A DNA stretch of 64,000 bases, taken from NCBI RefSeq assembly GCF_003918875.1, contig NW_025767012.1, positions 558,001-622,000 on the forward strand, written 5' to 3'. The notes below the pieces were generated by a model. It had not been told where the DNA came from. It saw only the letters and a list, made by a program, of their open reading frames with translations, and did no database searches. The stretch comes from Haliotis rubra. Its lineage: Eukaryota. Positions 12,039-24,826 of this stretch are shown in pieces. Position 1 is the first letter of the stretch. Each line of letters opens with the position of its first letter. The position numbers and the translations under genes were made by a program.

Positions 12039-14739
12039 CCCAGGAACCGGCACTGTCCAGTAGAACCCACCGAGAAGTTAAACTCCCCAACACTGAAACC
12101 TTCTACGGTACCCACAGTGTCAGAGGGTGCTCGGTTCCTGCCTACAAACCCGGGCACTCTGTCAAGGTCAATCAAGATATTGGGAAGTACCAAACCTAAG
12201 GCACCAAGAAAAATGAGAAGTCGCACGGCTTGGTACTTAGGATACAAGCGTTACATTTCGTAAATGAGGTGGTTGTGATTATCATTGGTGATATTGTAAT
12301 ATAATATACAAGATTTAAGGAAGGACACACACACAGAAACCTGATCTCAAAAAGTGCTCGTGTTGCCCCGGATAGGTAAATTTAGATTACATAGGCATCA
12401 TGTGTATTCGCCATTATTGAATGGAAATATTGAATGGGGATCATACGTTCACATTATGCAGTGTATAGCTCTGGGCAGTGGCGCATGGTAAACATAGTCT
12501 CAACCATTCTCAACTAAGTTTATGGAGTGTGAGCTTGTACGTTTGTTTTGGTATTTTTATTGTTGTGACTTGCAAGTTACAACAATAAAAATAACCCAAA
12601 AAAACTTATTACCTGTCTGGTGTCCATAATGTTTAGATATATGTGTAGATAGGATGGTATTATCTGGCATTAGCAGTATCTCTTTAATGTTCAACAAACG
12701 TGTTAACTATATCTATATATATGGTTGCTGTACTAAATGTCCTAAACTAAGATCGGTAAAAAGGGACTTCAAAGGTTCTCCATGGTAGTTCGTGTCTTCC
12801 ACGTTCCCACGAACACCGTTCGATGTCGTATCTGAACCACTTCAAACCAGACACTCTTAGGCTGAAAATTGCCCAAAACGAGTCAGTTTGATAAATAGCT
12901 CATTGTAAATATTATTGGCAGTAGGAGAGCGGCAAGGTATAGGGGTGGTTTGTGAGTGCACCTGTCGGTGAAATAGACAAGCTATCAATCAGTGTTAATT
13001 TCATACCAGCGAGCAAGTAGGTGATAACATTACTTATTAAATTTGATGAAGAGCGAGCGTAATTAGCAATGTATCTCCACCTCAGTGTGACAAGGAACGC
13101 TTGTTAATGACAAGTAATACACTAAATTGCTTGGGGGATCTGCTGGCTAACGCCCTCTCCCATTCACGATAGACCCACACCCCTTATTTCCACTCCTGTA
13201 GGGGTTATTTAGGCGTACGTCGAGAAGCACCTCACTTGCTTTATCAGTTGACGTTAACGATTACTTTTTAACGTCATTACGTCACCACTAACGCTGAAAC
13301 AGTATCAGTTGTGCTAATACTGTATCGCTGATTGGGTAATGACCTTATAATTCTACAGTCCTCGAGACAGACATTTGACAGCTGATTGTTCGTGAAATAG
13401 ACATGACATTAGCACCTCAGATAAAAGGTTCCTGAAGCGAAAAGTTGCTTGTAAAAAGTATCTATTTCTCCAGATATAAGCAATTTACGTATATAAAGAA
13501 GTTTGATCAGCACAAATATCTGGACTCTTATATCCGGGCATTTTGTGTACCTGTACAGTGTACACTATAACTTAGAATCAGTTGTAATTTTCTCAACATT
13601 CTTCTAAAATGTTCCAACATAACATAAACATAGTTCGTCGAGGTGTTTTTGGAGCACATTCAAGATGCGGTTTTAATAGAAACTTAAACTTCACTATTTA
13701 GCCTATTGTTCTTCAATGATTTGGCGATGTGTCAGTACAGTCATGTGTTTTCAACAGGTCACACTTTGGAGAATGATATTCTATCAATTTAATACACGTT
13801 TAACAAGAACGCTATTTTGTGTTATTTTCACAGTAATGTCATCTACCGAACCAAGTAGTCGTTTTATTAACTTTCGTTTCTACAAGTTAATACTTCTCAT
13901 ATTTCGGGTTATTTATTAATTTAATTTTTAAGACACTGGACGAAGGCCAATAGATTGCACACCCGCCTTGATAATGTAATGACTGGGTTTTTTCTGTTGC
14001 CGGACGAACAGGAACTTTATCCTGTCGCGAATGAATCCGTCAGAGCGTGATAGAGTAATTCACCCTAAAGTATTCATCCGCCAACAAAATGTAAACAAAT
14101 TTAACTTTGTGGGCAAATATGAACCTTCTCCAAGGATTTATGACTCTGGGGTTGGGGAATGTTGAATTTCCGCTAGCAAGGGGCCATTTGTTACAAAACA
14201 TTTTTTTGTAAAGCTTGCCCATACTTTTATAACCCTCCTAAGCGAGAAAGATAAAGAATAAACCATTTTTCCGGATGATTATCCTTGTATGAAAGACCGT
14301 TTTGTAATTTTATGTCCCATTAAGAGACTTTCGTCAGGACAAGGGGCTATTTAAAAGACGGGGATACCTACACCCTGTGTACAATCTACGCTATGGCTTT
14401 GGACTTAATAACTTGAGTTAATATCGTTTCGAATGACTTTGCAGGAATAGCCTGCTGAAAAAAAGATCAAGTTACATCGTAATTAATCTTCTAGTGAGTC
14501 TGTCACTTATCATGTTTGTGATAGATGCGTTTTACACAGATAACATATTTCTTAGGTTAAAATAACATTTTAAGATTTGAAAACGTATGGACTTTAAAAT
14601 GTAAGCTTTAAAGAATTAATTAAGGGCTCTTTAAGCGTAACTTTGTAAGTAATATGTTAAATGTGTAATATACCAGCTGCACAAGGTGATCCAATAATAC
14701 GTCCCTAGGTGGCTGGTATAACATGCACGTTCTGATGAC

Positions 14740-14910
14740 AAGAGTAACGGGGATTGTTTGGTCAGGATGTGGTTGGTTGTGTGCCAGTGACCCCCCATGC
14801 CCCCCGGGTTGTTCATACCATCAGTCACTAGTCCGCCTTGCATATGCTAGGTTATTTACAGACATCAGTGATACAGCTGGATAAAAGATAAAACATGAAT
14901 GTTCACTCAG
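14740..14910 (+). mobile_element. Highly diverged copy of family C element
   Basis: TAACGGGGAT..TGGTCAGG and TTATTTACAGAC..ATACAGCTGGA blocks in the same order as family C, ending near TTCACTCA. Confidence 0.5.
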
Positions 14911-17510
14911 ACTACGGCTTTAACCAATATTCACTCACACGACAAGAAAAAGAGCCAACATACCGACTGCAAACACAGCAGACTGATTTGATCGCGGAGA
15001 TAAACAATATTCACTCATCCGACCTATAGAAATCTGCCGACATACCTACTGCTGAACAAAAATAGATTTGTCATAAACACAAACAGATAAAGTATCTTAT
15101 CTTATACTATAAAGCAGTGTGGAATATATCGTGGACATATAAAAGGAAATTTGTACCAAACATCAATATGAATTATCAGTATGTGTAATTGTTTTTTTAT
15201 GATGCCTGTTATATCAATTATCAGCAAGATCTAAATCCGCCATGCGTAATAATGAAGAATACTGATAAACCAAGGCGTTTAGCTGGCAATCTTGTTAGTT
15301 TTAGTTTGACAGCTAGAAGACTATTAAATATAACATAAGTCAGTCACACAACTGTGTAAATATACATACGCCTTTGCCTTTGTTTGCGAATACATTTTGA
15401 TAACTATGTAGAAATGCAGCCACGTTATATTTGTACTATTCACATCTATTGTAATTTGTTAACATGAGACAAATTCAAAAACATTTAATTCAAGTCTGCC
15501 GTTTTTTTAATATACTGTGAACGTGACATGATATTTACATACTTTTGCACACATGACATCTTGATAAAAAACCTGTCATGTTGATTGACAGGTCGTGTTA
15601 AAATTCAATGATGTTTTCTACCATAAATTCAAACATAACTCCCACTGTGTCAATTTAGATGCATATCTTTCTAAATGTTTTAGTCAATCAAATTTACATA
15701 ATTTGTTTGTCGTATCAAAGTGACAGCGGAACCGCATCAATATTGTTTTAAATAGGAGGATCAAAACCTTTTCTGACATCCAAACAATAAGCTATTAATT
15801 ATTGGAAACCATGACAGTTGAACAAGATTGTAAAAAAATATACATGTTTGCTATTTGTATTCATATATTTGCCCCTATTTATGCGTTTGTATTAATGAAA
15901 GGTACAGAATTGTTTACGTTTTGAACCTGTAAAGATCTATATTCTTCTTGTAATGTTCCGAATATAGAATCCACTATCACGAACAGTAGATACAATGTGG
16001 ATATCTAGTGTAAAGTAGACCGTTTTAACCCTGAAACGTGTACCTCACGTTCCATTCATTTAGTAATCGGTTTCAACGAACACATTTTATCGACCTAAAA
16101 TTCTACTACTTTAGTGACGCAACCCTTCATTTCTGGACGTAATGTTATAACTTTCATATCAGTATTTTTTTTAAAATGTCTTATGATAGTGTCTCCTGGT
16201 GCAATTCTTCAACCGTTTCAAACACTGAACAAACATGATGGCTATACCTTTGAACTATATGCATTTCAGCAATGACTGAAATCTACGGCCAACACATTCT
16301 TGTAACAATTGCTACATTTTCTAACAGCAAAATTAACTTGATTGAGCGAATGTGTTTGATCAGTCAAATGGAGAACTATTTTGCTATACGTCTAGATGAA
16401 GTCGCCTTGTTCAAGAACCGTTTCATATTGATGTCTTGCAAATTCGAATTAATGAAGGTACCTCATAGACAAGCTGATATTCAACTGTTGATGAGAAATG
16501 CTCTAACACGGATTTGTTTAAAATTAATTCTTGTTAGGAAACTTTTTTTAGGCTACTTTTGGGCACAAGTCTTCAGTATGCGGTTATTTCAATTTGTGTC
16601 CGTTTACTCAGATTCCATATGGCATCGCTGGAATCAATCACCCATAATTTCTATACATTATACTTTTATTTCATAATGATACATATCTATTAATCGAGGC
16701 CTTAGCGTTTCTCTCGATGAAATAAAGCAAACCCCCATCTCGTGTTGCCTATCTATGTCAACTTTCCTAGCGCAAATTTCATGCTATTTTATCTAATTTT
16801 AACTTCTTTTTAAAACGAAAACCGGATCAGATGGTCCCGGACCGGGGTATCGCCAAATGTCACATTAAAGAGATCGGGCGATATAAACCGGACAAAAAAA
16901 TGGTCGTCACCGGACTTGACTTCTATACGGCATCGTTTTACTACCGACAACGGTGGGTATGTTTACAATTTAAATTGCAAATAATTTGGGAATGTTTAGA
17001 GGTATCGAAATTGCCTGCTATTGCTGACGAGTGTTAAGCTATACACAGTGATGTTATCATGCGCGTTTATGTAGAAGAGAGTGGGCTCGCTCATCCGGGT
17101 ATTGTGTTTGTCCACGCATGCGTAGTATTGTGCCCGAGGGTAAGGCCGGGGCTTGTCGTACCATCAAGATAAGAAGGGTAATTTCACCTCTCGTCAGATT
17201 GGGCGTGTAGGCAGATACCCTTATCATGACGAATAAAAAAGGCCGTCGTTGACTTTTTAATAGGAAGATTGGAGGAAGCGATATAAAGCGATTTCTAAAA
17301 TTATTTACGATTTGACACTGTTGAGAATAAATGATGTATAGGAATTTACTTACTTAGATATATATGTGAGATATGTGGTGATAGATTAAAGCAAATTATT
17401 TTGATCAAAAGAAATGAATTTTAAATTAGTATATCTTATGTGTTGGATCATGATATCTTTCACTTTGATGTTCCGCGAGGTGCAACAAATTCGTTCTGAA
17501 ATATATCAAC

Positions 17511-17561
17511 CGTAATTGTCTTAACGTAATTGTCTTAACGTAATTGTCTTAACGCAATTGT
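17511..17561. repeat. 14-bp tandem repeat (3 exact copies plus a partial)
   Basis: CGTAATTGTCTTAA at 17511, 17525 and 17539, then CGCAATTGT. Confidence 0.92.
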
Positions 17562-18139
17562 GGTACTGAAACAACTCTAGAAGAGCATCGTATATTTTAA
17601 AAATGAATGAAAACAATGCACAAAATTATTTGGTTCATAATTCTGAAATTATGAACCAAACATTTATTGATTCATATTAGCATGTGTTTTCTAATTCTAT
17701 AAGTAAATCATAAAATCGTGAATTTTAAATTTATTTTTCTACTGGGAGAAAATTCTTAAAATAGTTATTACTTCCCGGCCGTGTCACAAAGACGATTAGT
17801 CAAATTTAATTCCAAGGAAATTTCACCTCGTTATCAATAAACCACGCTCCCTGCGCGTTTCGATATTGTTACATTGTTTGAAAGCTTAACTAAATTAATA
17901 TCGCACCAAGTCTGGTGTAATTGATGCAGAGATTCCATATTCGCCAAGTAATTTCCCAACATGTGCATTGCTCTACAAACTAAGCCGCGGCCATGCTGTA
18001 AATACTAATGCATTTTCCGCTCGACCGAGTCGGGCCTGTCAGCGCCAGCTAATATAGGAGATGCGACACAAATTGTTTACATCGCTAGGTTTTGGTGTAC
18101 AAACGATCTCTTCGCTGAGACGATAGACGCCCCGCGCTG

Positions 18140-18245
18140 AACCGTCAATCATTTGTAACTACCACGCCAAGCGACCAATCACATTGCATCGTTTCGTGAT
18201 GTCATTTCCTCCATTCGCTGGTTAGCTGTCGGGGGCGGGGCTTTG
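18140..18245 (+). promoter_or_regulatory. Putative Msx proximal promoter (TATA-less)
   Basis: CCAAT box (GACCAATCAC, core 18175-18179), CRE-like TGATGTCA (about 18197-18204), GC box GGGGGCGGGG (18231-18240) and a Pbx-type TGATTGAC on the minus strand (about 18144-18151), all 120-220 bp upstream of the ATG in a locally CpG-rich stretch. Confidence 0.6.
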
Positions 18246-18362
18246 TTCGTAGAATGCGAGGTTTCGTTTCAAGAAAAGAGGAAACACCGTTGACGAAGTT
18301 AGAAGATTAATTTGACCTGATGTATTGAAATTGAGATTCACTCACGAGAATCTGAGGTTAGA

Positions 18363-18846
18363 ATGTCGTTGAAAACAAGCAGCAACTCAGCCTTCACGCC
18401 GATAGCAGTGAGTGCTGTCGGCAGTCAGAGCGAAGCAGACGATACCGCTCGAGTGCAGACGGCACAAGGCGACGTCGACACAACTAGCAACATGCACGGT
18501 TTAGATTTGGAAGTTAGTGTGACTCCTGACTCTCTAAAGACACCCAGTACCCCTAGTGATTCCAAAACGACAACAGACGGAAAGGATTCGAGAAAAGACG
18601 AGCAAAAATGTGTTCCTGTCAAATCGACCCGATGTTCCTTCTCCGTTGACGATATTCTCGCTAAACCCGAGCGACGACCCGCGAGCCCAGAGCAAAGCAA
18701 TTCCACCCTAGGTAGCCGCTCTCCCCCTTCCAGCCCCCCAGACTCACCCTCAGCCACAGGGGTGGAGGGCAGATGGCCACCCGTCAGTCCTGTCACGTCA
18801 TCGTTTCCATCTTGGTACTATGCTTCAAGATTTCAACATGCAAATG
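18363..18846 (+). CDS. Msx: Msx (muscle segment homeobox, msh) coding exon 1
   Basis: ATG at 18363 opens an S/P/T-rich ORF with an eh1 (Groucho/TLE-binding) motif FSVDDILA (18639-18662) and a Trp motif FPSWYY near the exon end. It ends at donor AATG|GTACGT in phase 1, matching the exon 2 acceptor. Confidence 0.88.
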
Positions 18847-21800
18847 GTACGTATTCGAAAGTTTTGATAAAATTATATCCAGTTATTTCTTCTTAAAGTC
18901 TTTACAACTACCAAACCTTTCTTTATAAAAATAAGGAAAATCTTACAAAACACCACGAATATTGTACTGTTTTCTGGCTGAGCTGTTTCAGCATATATTT
19001 TAAATATATCTTAAACATATAACGTTTGATACGCAGTTGGGATGTCACGCCGTTTACTGACAATAAACATCGATTTGGGTTAAAAAAGTGTATGTTAATA
19101 ACGGCAATTCTAGTTGTCAGGTGCACTGACACTGTTGAACCATCGCTGTATGCCACCACGATCACACCTCCGGGATGCGTTATTGTGACAACATGTTCAA
19201 TTATTTAACTAATGCTTTCCAAAGTGCTTAAGCTGTTTTCAGACACGGTTAGATAATCAAGAGAATTTGAGTACGTGAACTTACACTACCTGGATGAACC
19301 CAGTTATTGTATTTTTTCAAAATCACTAATGATTTTGTAAATTTGCAATTCACATACACGAAGAAGGGACTGGTATAAGTTTGTAAATTTATTCCGCTGA
19401 TATTCAGTGCATGTGAAATCCAAGTAGAGTCACGTTATGTTAGTATTCTGAGTATGAATCTACTTATTTCAAGCATTTTGTGGTGATTTTTAAATATCCA
19501 GTTTTATATGTGCAACTTGCAACATAATACAACTGACAGTCTCATTCGTATGATTTGACTACTATTGATGTTATCTGCAAAGTCTTCATATCCCTTCAAT
19601 AGAACATTTCCATGCATTCAAAAATTCATCAGTTTTATTTAGAAATACACCGTTTTTAACTGAGTAACTGCAGGTGATAGCGCGCATCCGCACCTAAATA
19701 ACACCACTGTTGAGTATTAAACGATTGAATGTGATATCTGTAACAAGGTATTTATGTTTGCAGATCGGTTACAATATGCTTGTATGCGAGATGAACTCCG
19801 AAATAGTTTATTTACAAGTTGTTTTGAATATTTATGCTGTACAAAGGATTAAGACAGAATTGCAGATACAAAATACATCACAAGCTAAACCAAAACACGA
19901 AATTTGAAATCTGTTGATCCCATGTACAGAATAATCATGCTGTGCTAAACAGACGTCGTATACGAACCGCCCTTTTCTAAGAAAACAATTATGTTTAAAA
20001 TAAAATTTCTGACACCCCTAAATTGCAAGTGGATAAAGTGGATATGATGTTAGATTCAATTTAACAGTTTCATTTCTGTTCATAGCACGCATTCAGTCTA
20101 TGATACCAGTCAAAATGCTAATACGGGTGGATGGTTTCCGATATATTGAAATGCACAGAAAACGTTATTTGTTTCCAGACCTTATATGACATATCCCAAC
20201 ACATTGCAAATATTGTTTCGGTGCAAAGCAATTCTTCTGCTGTACGAAGTTATGATGAATTTAGAAATATATGCTAGGTGTCTTTTAGCTTTTGCATGAA
20301 ACTAGTATAACTTTCTACCATAAAATCATGCATGATATTTACATGCCATTATAAGCACGTACTCCTACAATCACTTTTATCCATACTAGTCGAGATCGGT
20401 AGGATATGTGGCCTCGTATCTTTATTTGCCTGTATTACCTACAGCACAACCATCATGTCGTGTATATATCAGTTCAAGCATGTACATATCACAATCTCGC
20501 ACCTATTTCTCACATAGCCTCGGGGAAGTCGGCGAACCATCTATACAGCATTATGTTGTCAATTACACCTATATAACCAGCATGTAGATAGCTCATCGAT
20601 TGTATCTAACAATATGTTAATGGGCTAATCATGAGAGAGTGGCCATCACTGCCCAGTGGCTAAGTGGCCCTAGGTTTACACTAATAATGTCAACAGTGGC
20701 TATAAGTGGGTTTATTGCACCGCCCTGAACGAGCAAGGTATATACCAACAACGAACGATTGTTGAACGCGTGGTGTTTGTAAACGTCGTTTCTTCAGTCG
20801 AGATATTGCGCTTGTTTTAAGACATCACGTCTGATTGCACATTTTTTACCGATTGGCAGTACAACCTGTGACGCCTGATAAATCTGAATAATATTCAGTT
20901 ACATCAGTGCCTTATATTGAATTACATATTTCAACTTTGTGTTTGTTTCATCGCCACACGTTACCGAGAACGATCCTGATAGGCAAAATACACGTACACC
21001 ATATTTATACCATTAACAATATCGATCAATATCTTTGTGAGTCTAATGTTTAATTTTATGCTCGGATAACGATAGAATGCAAGCCAAAATTATGTTTAGG
21101 AATCAAATTTAACTTTATAAACGTATTACTTTATTACGCAGCTCCATGAATGAACCTACCGATGGCACATGCAGGTTTAATGGGTGTTATAAACCCCGCG
21201 GGGCTACTCTCTAACAGCTGTGTGTTTAGTTGGGAAACAGTAGAAGTTTAAGTTAAATAATCGAATAAACGCATATAACCCCACACAGATCGCCATCTAT
21301 ACGCGCAGTGCATTAGTCGACCAATGTTTCTAACATAATCACCACTGTCTCCAATAAGTGACAAAGATTAGTAAAATATTATAAATTAAGACATAGTTTG
21401 GGGAAAACAGAGACCATATACTCGGTGTTTGATATCAGGGTAATATTCCTCTATATTAATTAATCATCTGATATTAATTTTTATGACTGTTTGGAACTAA
21501 GCTGTCCGAGATATATGAAACGATGAATATATGATATCTTATTCAAGAGCCTTGAATTAAGAGAATATTTGAGCTTGTTTTTTCCTGATTAAATAGTTAA
21601 TAAAAACGATTTAATAAAAAAAAGACCAGTAACGTTTATGATTGCTAGGATAAGTGTTCTGAATTAGATATAAACTTTTAGTTATAATTCTGTTTCAAAC
21701 AGTAGGAATATATAATTGCGATTTTAATATCACTAAGAGGAAAGACATCATATCTGGCGTGTATTCACATTTACATAGATGTGATCCTGTAAGGAATAAA

Positions 21801-24395
21801 TTTGATGTAAATAAAATTATAAACTCCGACCTTGTTGCTTCTATATGATACCGAGCTAAATATGAAACAGTGTGGGAATATATATTTTTTGTCTGGTCGA
21901 CTGAGAATGAGGTATGAAATATATGACAATGTCATAGACGTACTGAAGTTAATACAAAGTCACCTCCGGAACACAGATCAACGGGCGGAACGAAGGAAAT
22001 GCACCTCGGTTTTACAGCGTAATATATACTATGGTTGGTTGCTGCCTTGTGGTTTCCTGTCTGCAGACATAAGTCCACGGAGACCAATTAACTCCTCATT
22101 ATAATAGATCAACGTGTACATAATTAATGAAACACTACACGGCAGTTCCATGCTTCGTGAAATTCTATGTGTTAAGATATAGGACAATTTTCTAATAGGG
22201 AGCTCCTTGGGGTACGTTTCTAACATATCGATACGACTTGTAACGTTACAAATTAAACCGGTTTATTTCTGGAGAGATGGTTTGTGGACGGAGAGCTGTG
22301 TGTACTGATCAGGGGGTTAGTGTTTGGACTGGTACACTTTGAAATATATCACCATTGTTAAGGAGAAAAGTCTCATTTTGAAATCTAAATGTCTTGATAA
22401 TTCTTTATGCTGGTGATCTGACAGATAAAATCAATGATTATTGACGTCTTGAGTGTCTCTGTTACTATCATTTTATGATTTATTACCTAATACCTGGCAA
22501 AACATACATAGAGCACAAACACCACTTGAAATCACCAATTACTTGAAATCAATAATAATAATTGATAATATGGTTAATATTTTAAATAATGGTATGATCT
22601 TATATTCAGTATTATTGACTGATTTTATGTTCTCAGTTCATTGGAGGTTGACGTATAGTAGCGTCTTTATGATGCATTAATCGTTGTGAACATAGGTTAC
22701 TAACTCACTACGTAATGTCCTGGCTGATTCAGTCCATATCTGCACAATAACCTGCATTGCTACTGACAGTTTATCACCTGTAGCAGGATGAGTACACCCA
22801 TGTCTATATCGGTCTCCGTGTCACACGAGTCGTTAGATTTCACAAAAATTGAAATCTACATGACAACGACTGTAATGAACTGAATTGCACCGTCCGAATC
22901 ATTTCGATTGTAAGTCTGTTTTCATTTCTGATGCTACGCGCGATCAACTTGTCACTTTCACTGCACACGAACAAAGGCACTTTGGGGTACTGTAGTCAGA
23001 ACGTTTGAAATGTACAATAATGTATTTCACCGAATATATGACAGATCGCTGTGAATAGCAGCAGCTGGGTGGTATTTATCAGGCGATGCCTTCAAATACG
23101 CATGAGTTAATCGTATACTATCCATACAGGGAAAGCAATTCCACTAATCAGTTTAAAGAGTGAAGCATTAAACAGTCCGTATGGATTTTAGGAGACAAGG
23201 CCGTTAAAGTGTTAATGATTACTTGACAAAGCATACTGATGTGACATAAAGGTAAACAGTGTGAAAGTGTAAATGACCATAGCACGACAACATGCTTAAT
23301 TTACATTTGAAAGTTTAGAGAATGCATAAAATACAAATCGCCCAAAGATTCTCCTATTGAAAGCATTGTTCTCCAGCATCGGATAATAGTTCGTGATTGT
23401 AGATTTAGTCATTCACTTAACGAGGGACATGTTGTTAAGGAGGTCGTGGAACGCTAACACCACAAATTGAAACCTTTCATCCATACTAACAGAAATGGGA
23501 TTGCAGTCAGTCAACATATATCACATATAAACAGGGGATATGATATCGTGTTTATACAGGCAGTATTCAAGGCGTCTGAGTGTCTATATCGAAATTAATA
23601 TGTATGTCCGACAACGCTTTTATGTAAAACGCATCGCTAAAACACGATATTAAATAGTTGGAATTAATCAGACGTGAAAGAAAAGGCATTATATTTATAT
23701 CAAAGACATGAAAAATGTTCATAAAGAATTTTCAGAGGCATAAAGATGTGGCATTTTAATATTTAAATCTAATATTTCACACTTTGAAGAAAAACGCAAT
23801 GTGTGATATAAACTCTGCACGAGGGATGATTAAAGACTCTATAATTGGAACTTTTATTTGTAGTCTATCACATTTTCAACATGTACTGCTGGGCTATTTT
23901 ATACACCAGTAAACCGACACAATACCGCCCCAGTAATGTCTGTGGTATAACATGCACTTTGCATAAACCGTAAGTAGACATGTCGAAATCCAACAATTGA
24001 CCCTCAAGAGTTTCATTGAGACGGTCCTTTGATCATCTGAACTATGTAGTTCATAGGTTTTTATGTTTGTATTATGAGATGTTTGTGGTCCTTGTTAAAT
24101 AACTTTTTTATGACAGAGAATAAGAATTCAAGGTGCAGATTATGTATGGACTTTGCTCAACGAAGTCTTGAGAAGATGGGCAAAGTTGAATTTATTAATT
24201 CGATGGCGGGTCGACAGCATATCCTGCAATACTTTTCGACCAACATTGAGACTTGTCTGCATTTAAACAATTTCATCTCATCATACCTATCCATTCATAT
24301 GTGTATAACACATCGATAGTTAATTCGTGGTGTTGTGGATGTAATAATGACGTCGATATTAGTTGACATACATGATGTATTTCTCATTGTTCCAG
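18847..24395 (+). other. Msx intron (5549 bp, phase 1, GT-AG)
   Basis: GTACGT donor and pyrimidine tract plus CAG acceptor; G+GT rebuilds a Gly codon in frame. A single intron upstream of the homeobox is the usual Msx architecture. A small extra exon cannot be excluded. Confidence 0.82.
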
Positions 24396-24826
24396 GTATA
24401 GGAGAACGACAGCCAATAAGTCCTAAAACATGCCTCCGTAAGCACAAACCAAACAGAAAGCCAAGAACCCCGTTTACGACCACACAACTGATGTCGCTTG
24501 AGCGGAAGTTCCGGGAAAAACAGTACCTCTCCATAGCGGAAAGAGCCGAGTTTTCAGCGTCCCTAAATCTGACAGAAACACAAGTGAAAATCTGGTTCCA
24601 AAATCGACGTGCAAAAGCAAAACGACTTCAAGAAGCCGAATTAGAAAAGCTTCGAATGGCCTCTAGACCAATGCTTCCGCCATTGTTTGGTGTGTCGCTT
24701 CCGTCGGCAGCTGCGGCTGCGCTGTACAATGGTCACGTGTCACGTGCACCTCTATTTTCCTCTTCCATGATGTCTCCGTTAGCAGTGTACACGAGTCTAC
24801 AGTCAGGGGTGCCTCACCTCCACTGA
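24396..24826 (+). CDS. Msx: Msx coding exon 2 (homeodomain 24452-24631)
   Basis: Encodes [84 protein letters not shown], the diagnostic Msx homeodomain with both Msx-specific flanks. Acceptor ttctcattgttccAG| at 24395; stop TGA at 24824-24826. Spliced CDS 484+431=915 nt, 304 aa. Confidence 0.97.

Noticed and set aside
11982-12263. ORFs of 93 and 76 aa, one with a signal-peptide-like start
   Set aside because: They overlap the transposon end; removing the insertion still gives a stop 8 codons later on the minus strand; no recognisable family.
18425-18796. 123-aa antisense ORF over Msx exon 1
   Set aside because: Shadow of GC-richer coding sequence; no recognisable motif.
24335-24395. N-terminal extension of the homeobox ORF (and the read-through 18847-18896 of exon 1)
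   Set aside because: Non-ATG start, runs through the polypyrimidine tract, and lies beyond clear splice sites: intronic.
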